Notes under the pieces: model-generated
What the model was told of the DNA's origin: nothing
Databases searched by the model: none
The model's input: only the letters and a program-made list of their open reading frames with translations
In this document: piece by piece, positions 29,792 through 39,929 of the stretch
How the letters are laid out: each line of letters begins with the position of its first letter
Numbering within the stretch: the first letter of the stretch is position 1
Translations under genes and position numbers: made by a program
From: Bacteroidia bacterium
GTDB lineage: Bacteria > Bacteroidota > Bacteroidia > B-17B0 > Aurantibacillaceae
Assembly: GCA_022841465.1 (NCBI GenBank)
Contig: JALHRL010000003.1
Span: 91,571-155,570, forward strand
DNA length: 64,000 bases
Direction of reading: 5' to 3'

Positions 29792-32239
29792 ATGAAAAAA
29801 ATTTACTTCGCCCTTTTTTTATTGTTAGGTATTTCAACCGGAAATATTTTTAGCCAATGCATGCTTTACCCTGTTTCCCTAGAAAACAGAATAAACAACA
29901 GTTCTCTTGTTATTCAAGGGAAAGTTATTGCCCAAAAATCTTTTTGGAACGAAGCGCGCAATTACATTTATACTTCAAACCAAATTCAAGTTAATCAAAC
30001 AATAAAAGGCAATTGTAGTTCTTCAATTATAGAAATAATAACAGATGGTGGCGAGGTAGGCTTAAGTAAACAAATTGTTGAACCTTCTTTAAGATTAAAA
30101 ATAGAGGATGAAGGTGTTTTTGCATTAAACCCCATTTATTTCAATTCGCAATTTGGGAATCCTACTTTTGTAGCTTATGCTGATGAACAAGGGTTTATTC
30201 AATTTGATTTGAAAGAGAACACCGCTAGCGACCATTTTAATAATTACAACAACATTAATGAAGATTTATACTCAAAACTTGGCACTATATTAAAAACCAA
30301 ATTACCGGAATTTATTAATTCAAGCGCAGCCAAATTTGATAACAATAACAGTATTATGGCTGCTATTACCAGTATTTCTCCCAGCACCATTACAGCAGGA
30401 ACATTTAGTGTTTTAACCATTAATGGATCAGGTTTCGGTACCGTTCAAAATTCATCAAATTTTGTTGAATTTAGAAACGCAGATGATGGTGGCGCAACCT
30501 TTATTCAGCCACATTCATCTCAGTATGTTAGCTGGACAAATTCTCAAATTCAAGTAATGGTTCCAACACGCGCAGGAACAGTTAACGGAACAGCAGGAAC
30601 CGGACAAGTGCGTGTTACAGTTGCAAACAGCGGAACTTTAAGTGCAACTACCTTAACCATTAATCATGGAGAAATAAATCTTTTTTATTCAACAAATAGC
30701 ACTATTTATAATACACGTCATGTTAATTTAAATCTTCAAGGTGGTGTAACCTGGCGGATGTTTACCGGATTTGATTCTAACGCACCGGCAAAAGCATCTT
30801 TTATAAGAGCCATGAATAGTTGGCGTTGTAACACAAATATAAACTGGCCTTTGGGCGCTACAACAACTGTTAATACCATTGCAAATGATGGTGTTTGTAT
30901 TGTACGATTTGATGTTGGCACAGAATTACCTACAGGTGTTTTAGGAAGATGCACTAGTTATTTTGGCGGTTGTAGTTCCGGACCAAATGTATTTTGGTAT
31001 ATCTCTGAATTGGATATTGTTTTTGATAGTGGTACAACGTGGCAATATGGCCCTGCAAATGCTACAGGTGGTCAAATGGATTTTGAATCTGTGGCTTTGC
31101 ATGAATTGGGCCATGGTCATCAATTGTCCCATGTTATTAATACAAATAATGTAATGCACTATTCAATAGGCCCTGCCCAAAACAAAAGAGTTTTATCTAC
31201 AACCGATATAATTGGTGGTAATAATGTAATGAGCAGAAATACTTCACCGGGTGTTTGTGGATACGGAGCTATGACTGCAATTAGTCCTGCAACTTGTTCT
31301 TTAACTGCCCCAACTGCTTCGTTTAATGTAACTTCACCAATTTGTGTAAATCAGGTTCTTACATTAACCAATCTTTCAACAGGAGCTCCTACTAATTTTA
31401 CGTGGACAATGACCGGAGGATCGCCGGCAACCGCTACAACACAAAACACTTCTGTTAGCTATGCAACAGCAGGAACAAAAACAATTTCATTAGTGGTTGC
31501 AAATGGAGTTGGATCATCAAGCATTTTATCAAAAACAATTAGCGTAGTTGCAGGACCAACTGTTTCTGTTCCTTCCGGAAGTAACTGTGCAGGAAACCCC
31601 ACTGTATTAACAGCATCAGGTGCAAGCAGCTATACCTGGAATCCGGGAGGATTAACCGGTGCAACACAAACTTTAAACCCCATTAACACAACAACATTTA
31701 CCATTATAGGAAGTAATGGAAGTTGCACAAATAGTGCTGTTATGATTTTTACGGTTGTTGCAATACCAAATATAACTGCACCCAACGCAACCATCTGCGG
31801 AGGATCATCAACAGTTATTGCTGCATCCGGCGCAAGCTCCTATACATGGAATCCGGGTAATTTAAGCGGCGCTTCGCAAACCTTAAACCCTGCCGCAACC
31901 ACTGTATATACAATTACAGGAAATAATAACACGTGTATAGGTACAAAAACTTTAACTGTTTTGGTAAACGTTTGTTCAGGTATAAACGAAGTAAAAACCA
32001 GTTCGGTAATAAAAGTTTACCCTAATCCAACATCAGGTAAAACTACCATCACCTCTGCCGAAAATATTTATGGCAGTATAAATATTTATAATGCTTTAGG
32101 TCAAATTGTAAATTCAAAACAACTGAACGGAGAGTCAAGTTTTGTTATTGATTTAACCAATGAAGCTAAAGGTATTTACATGATTAAATTAACTTCTAAC
32201 AATGGAAGCGAAGCTTTCTTTAAATTAATAAAAGACTAA
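29792..32239 (+). CDS. Secreted metzincin-like zinc metalloprotease with IPT/TIG-like, PKD-like and Ig-like modules and a T9SS type A C-terminal sorting domain
   Basis: Start set to MKKIYFALFLLLGISTGNIFSQ. HELGHGHQLSH (nt 31100-31132) followed by a Met-turn-like NNVMHYS. Two ASGASSYTWNPG modules. C-terminus IKVYPNPTSGKTTI...GIYMIKL. Confidence 0.8.
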   Translation: MKKIYFALFLLLGISTGNIFSQCMLYPVSLENRINNSSLVIQGKVIAQKSFWNEARNYIYTSNQIQVNQTIKGNCSSSIIEIITDGGEVGLSKQIVEPSLRLKIEDEGVFALNPIYFNSQFGNPTFVAYADEQGFIQFDLKENTASDHFNNYNNINEDLYSKLGTILKTKLPEFINSSAAKFDNNNSIMAAITSISPSTITAGTFSVLTINGSGFGTVQNSSNFVEFRNADDGGATFIQPHSSQYVSWTNSQIQVMVPTRAGTVNGTAGTGQVRVTVANSGTLSATTLTINHGEINLFYSTNSTIYNTRHVNLNLQGGVTWRMFTGFDSNAPAKASFIRAMNSWRCNTNINWPLGATTTVNTIANDGVCIVRFDVGTELPTGVLGRCTSYFGGCSSGPNVFWYISELDIVFDSGTTWQYGPANATGGQMDFESVALHELGHGHQLSHVINTNNVMHYSIGPAQNKRVLSTTDIIGGNNVMSRNTSPGVCGYGAMTAISPATCSLTAPTASFNVTSPICVNQVLTLTNLSTGAPTNFTWTMTGGSPATATTQNTSVSYATAGTKTISLVVANGVGSSSILSKTISVVAGPTVSVPSGSNCAGNPTVLTASGASSYTWNPGGLTGATQTLNPINTTTFTIIGSNGSCTNSAVMIFTVVAIPNITAPNATICGGSSTVIAASGASSYTWNPGNLSGASQTLNPAATTVYTITGNNNTCIGTKTLTVLVNVCSGINEVKTSSVIKVYPNPTSGKTTITSAENIYGSINIYNALGQIVNSKQLNGESSFVIDLTNEAKGIYMIKLTSNNGSEAFFKLIKD

Positions 32240-33214
32240 TTACAATTTAAATTTTTGATTTATTCTACTTAAACGAAAGCCGTTATTAATAACGGCTTTC
32301 GTTTTTTCATGATTGCCAATTAATAAAGGATTGGTATGATTGAAATGAATAAAATTTATTTTCTCTTTTTCCTTTGCAGTTAAACCTTTAAACAACTCCA
32401 TGCTTTCTATCACAAAGGGATGTGGAATTTCTGCAATGTTTCTGTTATTAATTTCTTCTTTATCAAAAAAAGTGGCATCTATAAAAGCATAATCACACTC
32501 TTTAATTTCATTGATAATGCTCTTCTCCCATTTTTGCCATTTATCTATATCAGGAATAAATAAAACTTTTTTATTTGGTCCTGTTATTTTAAATCCAACT
32601 GTTTCAGAAAATTCATCTCTATGCGGAACCATAATTGCTTTTATACTTAAACTGTTGCTTAATTTAATTTCAAGATCAGCATTAATTGATGATAATTTAA
32701 TATTTCCGTTTTTCACTAGCTGACTCCAAGGGCCATTCTCTTTTAAAAAATCTGCCATTCGTGGCATTGCATAAACCAAGGCTTTATCCGAATTCATTGC
32801 TTCCTTTCCTAAATACATTAAACCGGAATAATGACCAATATGTGCATGCGTAATAAAAATTCCATCCGGAGTTTCGCTTTCTGAAAACGGGCATAATGCA
32901 TTTAAATGATGAAGTTGAGAGGCTATATCAGGCGTAGCTTCAATTAACCATTTATTTTTGTTATCGTAATCTATTAAACCCAGGCAAACTACTTTTCTGG
33001 TTGAATCGGGTTTTAAAAAAAGATTTTTACAACAATTTTTTTTGCATCCAATTTGAGGCGATCCCGCATCTTGTAAGGTACCTAAAATCACTAACTCAAC
33101 TCCTTGTTTGTTGTCAGCATTAGACTTGCTTTCAGAATTAGTTGAATTACTACAACCAAAAAACAAAAGTGATAAAGCATAAAATAAATATTTTGGATAG
33201 ATATAATTTAGCAT
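32240..33214 (-). CDS. Metallo-beta-lactamase-fold lipoprotein (PqqB-like subgroup)
   Basis: 324 aa with lipobox LLFFGCSNS. HxHxxH-type motif THAHIGHYSG plus later His/Asp ligands. The stop codon directly abuts the stop of the convergent protease gene. Confidence 0.7.
   Translation of the reverse strand: MLNYIYPKYLFYALSLLFFGCSNSTNSESKSNADNKQGVELVILGTLQDAGSPQIGCKKNCCKNLFLKPDSTRKVVCLGLIDYDNKNKWLIEATPDIASQLHHLNALCPFSESETPDGIFITHAHIGHYSGLMYLGKEAMNSDKALVYAMPRMADFLKENGPWSQLVKNGNIKLSSINADLEIKLSNSLSIKAIMVPHRDEFSETVGFKITGPNKKVLFIPDIDKWQKWEKSIINEIKECDYAFIDATFFDKEEINNRNIAEIPHPFVIESMELFKGLTAKEKEKINFIHFNHTNPLLIGNHEKTKAVINNGFRLSRINQKFKL
32271..32307 (+). terminator. Rho-independent terminator for the metzincin gene, embedded in the 3' coding end of the convergent MBL-fold gene
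   Basis: Perfect 34-nt palindrome aaacgaaagccgttatt|aataacggctttcgttt (32271-32304), extended by ttt. It begins 32 nt after the stop at 32239. Confidence 0.7.
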
Positions 33215-33268
33215 AAACTAATTACTTTAAATAAAAGTAACCAATTCATGCTAAATAAAAAATTGATT

Positions 33269-36200
33269 TTAATGATCTAAATCGCCGTAGTCTAATTTTT
33301 TTCGTTGTAGTTTAAGAATTAAGATACAAAACAGAATAAAGAATGGTACATATTTTAAAATTATTGGTAACTCCATGTGTTCAAGTATAATTTTAGATTT
33401 ACGATTTAGTCTTTCTGTAATTAAATACATTGATGGAATTAGCAACAGGGTTAAAACAGTTGCAAACAATAAACCAAAAATCATCGTCCAACTTAAAGGA
33501 CCAAAAAAGGCTACATTATCTCCACCAAAAAATATGTGTGGATTTAATTCTGTAAATAGCGTTTCAAAATTTATATTTAAACCAACTGCCAAAGGAATTA
33601 ATCCGAGTATTGCTGATGCGGCAGTTAAAATTACCGGAGTCATACGTGTTCTCCCCGCTTCTACCGTTGCCTGATACAAACTCATTCCGTTTTCGCGAGC
33701 AAATTCGGCAAACTCTACTAATAAAATTCCATTTCGTACCACAATTCCGCCCAAGGCAATTATACCCACGCCGGTCATAACAATACTCATATCCATTTTA
33801 AAGATGGCCACGCCTAATAAAACACCAACTATGCTAAAAATAATTTCTGAAAGAATTATTAATGGTTTGCCTAATGAATTAAATAAACCAACTAAAACCA
33901 TTAACATTAATCCAACTGCAATTAACATAGCAGTACCTAAAAAGCCCATGGTTTCTTCTTGTTCTTCTTTGTCGCCGGCAAACTTTACAATTACATTCCC
34001 TGTTTTTTTATAATCTTTTAAAATTGTTTGAATTTTATCTACTACTTCATTTGGATTATAACCATCCTTTACATCAGAAGATATAGTAATTACACGTTTA
34101 TCATTTTTGCGTTTTATTCCTGCATAGGTATAATCGTAACGTATATCACAAACAGCAGACAGTGGTACACTTCTTACAAGACCACCCATATTCATATCTC
34201 TGTAGGTGATTTTTAAATTTCTTAAAGTTTCAATATCTATACGTTGATCAAATTTATATCGTAACTGAACAGGATATTCATCATCAACATCTCTAAACTT
34301 TGTTGCCTCTATTCCATAAACAGCACCGCGTATTTCCATTGCCAGTTGGTAAGTTGAAATACCTTCTCTTAATGCGCGCTCTCTGTCTATATCAAAAATA
34401 ATTTCGGGTTTATTGCTTACAAAATCAGATTTTAGGCCTGCAACTCCCGCTACTTTTGCATCGGTAAGAAACTTTTTAAGATTATCTGAATTTTCAACCA
34501 AATCTTTAAAATCTTCTCCAATAATTTCTATACTAACCGGTTTTGGTGTTGGAGGGCCGGCTTGCTCTTTATTTACCACAATATCTGCGCCGGGAATTTC
34601 CCAATTTAAGGCTTGCAAATCTCTTAAATAATCGGAAGTAGATGCACCATTTCTTTTTTCAAAAGGTACAAAGGCAATGGCAATCTTTCCTTTATTAGGA
34701 TATGAATTTTGATCACCATCTGCAGGATCGGTAACACCAATTGTAACATTAGAAATCATTGATTCTACTAAGGGATTTTCTTTTCCTAATACTTTATAAA
34801 CCTTCTCCTCTACCAATCGCATGGTTGCATCTGTAACTTGAGGATCCGTTCCTTCAGGTAATTTTAAATAAACATAAATATTATTCGGGTCGCCGTCAGG
34901 GAAGAATACAACTTTTGGTCCGCGTATTCCAAACAACACAATTGAAAAAACAAATAATACCAAAACATACATAATTGGCCTCCAAGGTTTACGCAAGCAC
35001 CATTCTAAAATTTTCACATACCTTCTTACAAAACCGGGCCATATTTTAAATTGCCACGCTTCAATTAGTTTGTAAAGCCATAAACGATTTAATATTAAAA
35101 ACAATGCCAAGAAAATGGTAAAGTTTCCAATACCAATATGTCCGCTTAAGTACGAGAACAAAGTAATTAAGGCATAAACAACTAATTGCAATTTTGCTTT
35201 TCTGGTAAGTTTGCCATATTGTTTCTTTTCTTCGTCGTGCGATTTCATAAAGTCTACCGCAAAAACAGGATTAATAATGTAGGCAACAAAGAGGGAAGCT
35301 AAAAGAGATATGATTAAAGTAACCGGCAAGAAGTACATAAACTTTCCAATGATTCCTGTCCAAAACACTAATGGAATAAATGGGGCTAAAGTTGTAATGG
35401 TTCCGGATAAAACGGGCATAAACACTTCACCCACGGCCATTTTTGCCGCTGTTTTTATATTTCGTTTGCCGTTATCAAACAAACGGTGTGTGTTTTCAAT
35501 AACAACAATGGCATCATCTACCACAATACCAAGCGCAAGAATAAAGGAGAACAACACAATCATGTTAAAAGAGAAACCAATACTTGGCATCACCAAAAAA
35601 GCAACAAACATGGAAAGCGGAACAGAAAGCGCAACAAACAGAGCGTTGGTAACCCCCATAAAAAACATTAGCACCAAGGTTACCAAAACAAAACCAATAA
35701 TAATGGTATTAATTAATTCGTGTAAAGAATTTTTTGTTTTTAAACTTTGATCGCCGCTTATGGTAATTTCAAGACCATTTGGAAATTCATTTTTTTGTAG
35801 GTCTTTAATAATTGTATTAATCTTATCGGCTGCATCTATTAAGTTTTCTCCAGAGCGTTTTATAATGTTTAAGGTAATTACATTTTTTCCGTTAGAACTA
35901 GAGTAACTTTCTTTTTCTTTAAAGCCATCAACAACCTCTGCAAAATCTTTAATAAACAATTTTGCACCAACAGCCGACGTAACCAAAATATTTTCAATCT
36001 CACTTGGTTCTTTAAATTCGCTTTTAATACTTAAGGTAGGTTTCATTCCGTTTAAAGGAATATTTCCTCCCGAAATGGTTAAATTCTCTTGCCCGATAGC
36101 GCGTTGAATATCTGTAAGCGTTAACTGAGCTGCTTGAAGTTTATAAGCATCAATGTTAATTTGAATTTCGCGCTCCAGAGCACCCACCATTTTAACTGAA

Positions 36201-36733
36201 TTAATTTCTTTTAAACTCTCTATTCTATCTTGTAAATCTTCGGCATATTTTTTTAGCTGTTTTAAATCATACTTACCTGCAACATTAATATACATGATAG
36301 GAATTTCAGAGAAAGCAATTTCCTTAATCATGGGCTCTCTGGTTAAAGTTTGCGGCATATCTGCTCGCGCTTCATCCACCGCATCTTTTACTTTTTGTTT
36401 GGCAACCTCAACTTTAACATTGGTATGAAACTCAACTATAACTACTGAAACGTCTTGCAAAGAAGTACTGGTGAATTTTTTTACTCCAGAAATTGATTTT
36501 AAACGTTTTTCTATAGGTTTAGTAATAGTGTTTTCAATGTTGGTTGGAGAGTTACCGCCATTAACGGTATTTATATAAATGGTAGGAACGGTAATATCCG
36601 GAAATTGTTCCTTAGGCAAAGCATTATAAGCAATTACACCTGCAATACTTAAAATAATTGTAATTAAATAAACCGTTAATTTATTTTCTATCGCCCAACT
36701 GGATGGTTTAAATTCTTTTATTTTATCTAACAT
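33269..36733 (-). CDS. RND efflux transporter, inner-membrane permease (AcrB/HAE1-like)
   Basis: 1154 aa. 12-TM, two-large-loop architecture with typical N-terminus SSWAIENKLTVYLITIILSIAG and conserved TM4-region residues (ALGIVVDDAIVVIEN). Confidence 0.9.
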   Translation of the reverse strand: MLDKIKEFKPSSWAIENKLTVYLITIILSIAGVIAYNALPKEQFPDITVPTIYINTVNGGNSPTNIENTITKPIEKRLKSISGVKKFTSTSLQDVSVVIVEFHTNVKVEVAKQKVKDAVDEARADMPQTLTREPMIKEIAFSEIPIMYINVAGKYDLKQLKKYAEDLQDRIESLKEINSVKMVGALEREIQINIDAYKLQAAQLTLTDIQRAIGQENLTISGGNIPLNGMKPTLSIKSEFKEPSEIENILVTSAVGAKLFIKDFAEVVDGFKEKESYSSSNGKNVITLNIIKRSGENLIDAADKINTIIKDLQKNEFPNGLEITISGDQSLKTKNSLHELINTIIIGFVLVTLVLMFFMGVTNALFVALSVPLSMFVAFLVMPSIGFSFNMIVLFSFILALGIVVDDAIVVIENTHRLFDNGKRNIKTAAKMAVGEVFMPVLSGTITTLAPFIPLVFWTGIIGKFMYFLPVTLIISLLASLFVAYIINPVFAVDFMKSHDEEKKQYGKLTRKAKLQLVVYALITLFSYLSGHIGIGNFTIFLALFLILNRLWLYKLIEAWQFKIWPGFVRRYVKILEWCLRKPWRPIMYVLVLFVFSIVLFGIRGPKVVFFPDGDPNNIYVYLKLPEGTDPQVTDATMRLVEEKVYKVLGKENPLVESMISNVTIGVTDPADGDQNSYPNKGKIAIAFVPFEKRNGASTSDYLRDLQALNWEIPGADIVVNKEQAGPPTPKPVSIEIIGEDFKDLVENSDNLKKFLTDAKVAGVAGLKSDFVSNKPEIIFDIDRERALREGISTYQLAMEIRGAVYGIEATKFRDVDDEYPVQLRYKFDQRIDIETLRNLKITYRDMNMGGLVRSVPLSAVCDIRYDYTYAGIKRKNDKRVITISSDVKDGYNPNEVVDKIQTILKDYKKTGNVIVKFAGDKEEQEETMGFLGTAMLIAVGLMLMVLVGLFNSLGKPLIILSEIIFSIVGVLLGVAIFKMDMSIVMTGVGIIALGGIVVRNGILLVEFAEFARENGMSLYQATVEAGRTRMTPVILTAASAILGLIPLAVGLNINFETLFTELNPHIFFGGDNVAFFGPLSWTMIFGLLFATVLTLLLIPSMYLITERLNRKSKIILEHMELPIILKYVPFFILFCILILKLQRKKLDYGDLDH

Positions 36734-36765
36734 GATAAAGTTTTTTTTGATAGTGGATTATATCC

Positions 36766-37869
36766 CTATTTGTTAATTAAAATATTATCGCCTTCGTTTA
36801 CCAAATCAAATCCATCGGTAATCAACAAATCATTTTCCTTTAATCCTTCGGTAACTTCAGCCAGGCCATTATACTCGCGATTTATTTTTACAATACGCTT
36901 TACAACCTTATTATTTTCAGCAATAAACACAAAGCTTTCGTTAGTGCCCTTTTGAATGTATTTAATTGGAACAATAATTTCCGGTTTTGCTGATTGGTAA
37001 TCGTTAATTTTTATTTTCGCAACCATGTTAGGGTGATAGCTTGAATTGTTAGATAAGTTTACTTCTACATTAAAAGTTCTGGTTAAAGGATTAATGGCTC
37101 TGGCGGCATAGCTAATTTTTGAAACCACTGTATCTTTTAAATCAGGGAACAAAACAATAACATCATTGCCTGTTTTAACACGCGCAGCATAACTTTCAGA
37201 AACATCTGCTTTCACTTTTAGGTTTGCAAAATTAATTACATTAATAGCAGGTAAACCCGGTGCTACCATTTGACCAATTTTAATATTTACGGCATCTACC
37301 GTTCCATCAATTGGAGAAACAATTTTGGTCATGCGCAATTGTTCTTGTAAAGCTGCCATTTTTTTCTCTAAACTTTCCTTAGTTGTTTTAGCTTGCAAAT
37401 ACTGAATTTCGGTACCAATTTTTTGCGCCCAAAGGTTAGATTGTTTTTCTAATACTTGTTTTGCTAAATCTAAATTCACTTGCAAATCATTCATTTGTTG
37501 ATTAAGTGCGCTGGCGTCTGTTTCAGCCAATACCTGGCCTTTTGTAACTTCTTGACCCACTTTTGTACTAATTTTAGTAACAGTGCCGGGTATGCTTGTA
37601 GATAGTGAAACATTTTCATCGGCATCAACTTTACCCTGAATTTCAATGTATGCTTTAAAAATAGAAGGTACAAGCGCCATTGTTCTAACATCTGTATTTT
37701 TCTCGGCTTTGCTCGTATCTGATTTAGCAATTTCTTCTTCCAATACTAAAATTTTTGCTTCAATTTCAGATTTTTGCTTTTTTAATTTTTCCAATTCTGC
37801 TTTTTGGTCAGCTGTTCCGCATGAACCAATAAAAAGAGATATAACGGGTATTAATAGGTACTTTTTCAT
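36766..37869 (-). CDS. RND efflux periplasmic adaptor (membrane fusion protein)
   Basis: 367 aa with lipobox FIGSCG. Coiled-coil hairpin, lipoyl-like and beta-barrel segments. Lies between the TolC-like and RND genes. Confidence 0.85.
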   Translation of the reverse strand: MKKYLLIPVISLFIGSCGTADQKAELEKLKKQKSEIEAKILVLEEEIAKSDTSKAEKNTDVRTMALVPSIFKAYIEIQGKVDADENVSLSTSIPGTVTKISTKVGQEVTKGQVLAETDASALNQQMNDLQVNLDLAKQVLEKQSNLWAQKIGTEIQYLQAKTTKESLEKKMAALQEQLRMTKIVSPIDGTVDAVNIKIGQMVAPGLPAINVINFANLKVKADVSESYAARVKTGNDVIVLFPDLKDTVVSKISYAARAINPLTRTFNVEVNLSNNSSYHPNMVAKIKINDYQSAKPEIIVPIKYIQKGTNESFVFIAENNKVVKRIVKINREYNGLAEVTEGLKENDLLITDGFDLVNEGDNILINK

Positions 37870-37892
37870 TTTACTTTATAATTGTTTAAATA

Positions 37893-39239
37893 TTATTTAA
37901 TTAAAGTTCCGGTAGCTTTTTGGTAATCAATTTTTGAGATTAACATATCGTAAGCAGCGTTGAAATAATTTATTTCGGCTTCTTTTAACGAGGTTTCTGC
38001 ATTTAATAATTCTATATTGCTTCCAACACCTTGCTCATATTTTTTTTGTGCAACTTCGTAAACATGATTTGCCAACTCTCTGTTTTTCTTTTGCAATAAC
38101 ATGGTAGAATAGGCATTAGAATAAGATATACTTGCAGAAGAAGCCTCTAAATCGGCGGCAATTTCTACCATTTTTAAATTGTTGGCTGTTTTATCAAATG
38201 ATATTTTTGCTTGTTGAATTTTATAATGCCTTTGCAAACCATCAAAAATATTAATATTTAAAGTAGCACCTATTAAAGCAATTTTAAACCACTTTTGCTC
38301 TGAATCAAAAAAATCGAACTCTTGGCGTTGTGCGTTGTATTGATAAGCGCCGTAAGCAACTAATGTTGGCAAATACCCCCACTTTAAACGTTTTACATCT
38401 AATTGGTTTAATTTTTGTTGCGATTGAAGTAATTGATAATCGGGCCTATTGGTAACATCAATTTTAGTTTGATTTAAAATGTTAGGATCGGGTTCTGCTA
38501 CATTTAAGCTATCGGTTAACGAAATAGGTTCGGCTATTTTGTACCCCATTTGAAATTTTAAAAAATTCTCTGATAATGAAATTAATTTTTCTACTTTATC
38601 GTGTTCTGTAACCAAATTATTGTATTGTACTTCAATTCGCTCTACATCTATTTTCTCTACAAAACCTTGCTCGTTTAATGCTTTTGTATCGTCAAATATT
38701 TTTTTCAATCTAACCACGTTGGCATCTAAAAGTTCCATTCTTTCTTTATTGATTATTACATTGTAATAAGCTTTAGAAACCTGCGCTGCTAATTCTGTTT
38801 TACTGCGATTTACATTAATTTTAGATAAGTTTATAAATTGCTTTGCTGCACTTAATCCAATAATATAATCACTGCTAAAAATTAATTGCGAGGCGTTTAT
38901 ACCGGCCGTTGAATTGTACTTGGTTCCAAATCTAACCGGAATAAATGATCCGGAAGGTCCGCCAAAAAATTCACCGGGAATTAAAGAGGTAGGAATTTCA
39001 ATATAATTCTTTATATCAATACTCCCTGATACCTGAGGTAAGCCCATACCTGTTATTTCATTGCGCTTATAAATAGAATTTTTTAAATCTAATTCGGCAT
39101 TTAAATGATTGGGGCTATTTTTTAAAGCATAATCTATTGCCTGCTGCAAACTAAATGAACTACTTTGCTGCTGTGCAAAGGAAAAAACAGCAGAATACAT
39201 TATCACTACGATAAGTATTCCTTTTAAATTATTCTTCAT
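37893..39239 (-). CDS. TolC-family outer-membrane efflux channel
   Basis: 448 aa with signal peptide. Two-repeat alpha-helical and beta-barrel pattern, in operon position with the MFP and RND genes. Confidence 0.85.
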   Translation of the reverse strand: MKNNLKGILIVVIMYSAVFSFAQQQSSSFSLQQAIDYALKNSPNHLNAELDLKNSIYKRNEITGMGLPQVSGSIDIKNYIEIPTSLIPGEFFGGPSGSFIPVRFGTKYNSTAGINASQLIFSSDYIIGLSAAKQFINLSKINVNRSKTELAAQVSKAYYNVIINKERMELLDANVVRLKKIFDDTKALNEQGFVEKIDVERIEVQYNNLVTEHDKVEKLISLSENFLKFQMGYKIAEPISLTDSLNVAEPDPNILNQTKIDVTNRPDYQLLQSQQKLNQLDVKRLKWGYLPTLVAYGAYQYNAQRQEFDFFDSEQKWFKIALIGATLNINIFDGLQRHYKIQQAKISFDKTANNLKMVEIAADLEASSASISYSNAYSTMLLQKKNRELANHVYEVAQKKYEQGVGSNIELLNAETSLKEAEINYFNAAYDMLISKIDYQKATGTLIK

Positions 39240-39840
39240 CTATATTTTTGTATTTATTAATTAATTTATGTCCTTTTAGTGTACAAACTCCATATAAAAA
39301 ATGTTCAGTTATAGCAATTTGTATGTCTGCAACGCTCATTTTTTCACCAAAATCAACACTATCTCTTAAGGTCATTTCAATCGTTTCAACACGTAACTTA
39401 GCCATTAGTTTAACATTAATATCTTTTCGTATATATCCTTCTATTTGACCGTTTAATAAAGATTTTTCAACCATTTCTTGAATAAAGCCTGATTTAAACT
39501 TTTGAAATTCGTTCCATGTTTGTGGATGATAGCGGTGTAATTCGTAAAATATAATTGGATTTAGCTTACTAAACACTTCGCGCATTTCTTTCATCATCTC
39601 AAAAACTTCTTCTACAACATTTTTTGCGCTTTCTTGTACTTTACAAAATCTACATTTATCATCGTCAATTGAAAGAAGCATTAATGAATGAATAACTTCG
39701 TCTTTTTCTTTAAAGTATTTATATATTGTTTTTTTACTTATGGAAAGATGTTTTGCAATATCATCCATGGTAATGTTTTTAATACCGTATTTAAAAACAA
39801 GCTCTTCGGCACCTTTTAGTATTTTATTTTTTATTGACAT
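39229..39840 (-). CDS. TetR/AcrR-family transcriptional regulator
   Basis: Start set to the ATG at 39840 (MSIKNKILKGAEELVFKYGIKNITMDDIAKHLSISKKTIYKYF, the TetR helix-turn-helix). The stop overlaps the TolC-like start by 11 nt. Confidence 0.85.
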   Translation of the reverse strand: MSIKNKILKGAEELVFKYGIKNITMDDIAKHLSISKKTIYKYFKEKDEVIHSLMLLSIDDDKCRFCKVQESAKNVVEEVFEMMKEMREVFSKLNPIIFYELHRYHPQTWNEFQKFKSGFIQEMVEKSLLNGQIEGYIRKDINVKLMAKLRVETIEMTLRDSVDFGEKMSVADIQIAITEHFLYGVCTLKGHKLINKYKNIDEE

Positions 39841-39929
39841 TTTGAATTCGCGGCACAAAACTATGGAAACTTTTATTGTTTTGCAAGTTTCCGATAAGAA
39901 AAATATTTTTTGCATCTTTGCTATCTGAA

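Noticed and set aside
35310-35750. 146-aa plus-strand ORF and several 60-100-aa ORFs antisense to the RND permease gene
   Set aside because: They are fully embedded antisense to a 1154-aa gene with unmistakable AcrB-type features. They are typical long shadow ORFs in AT-rich DNA.
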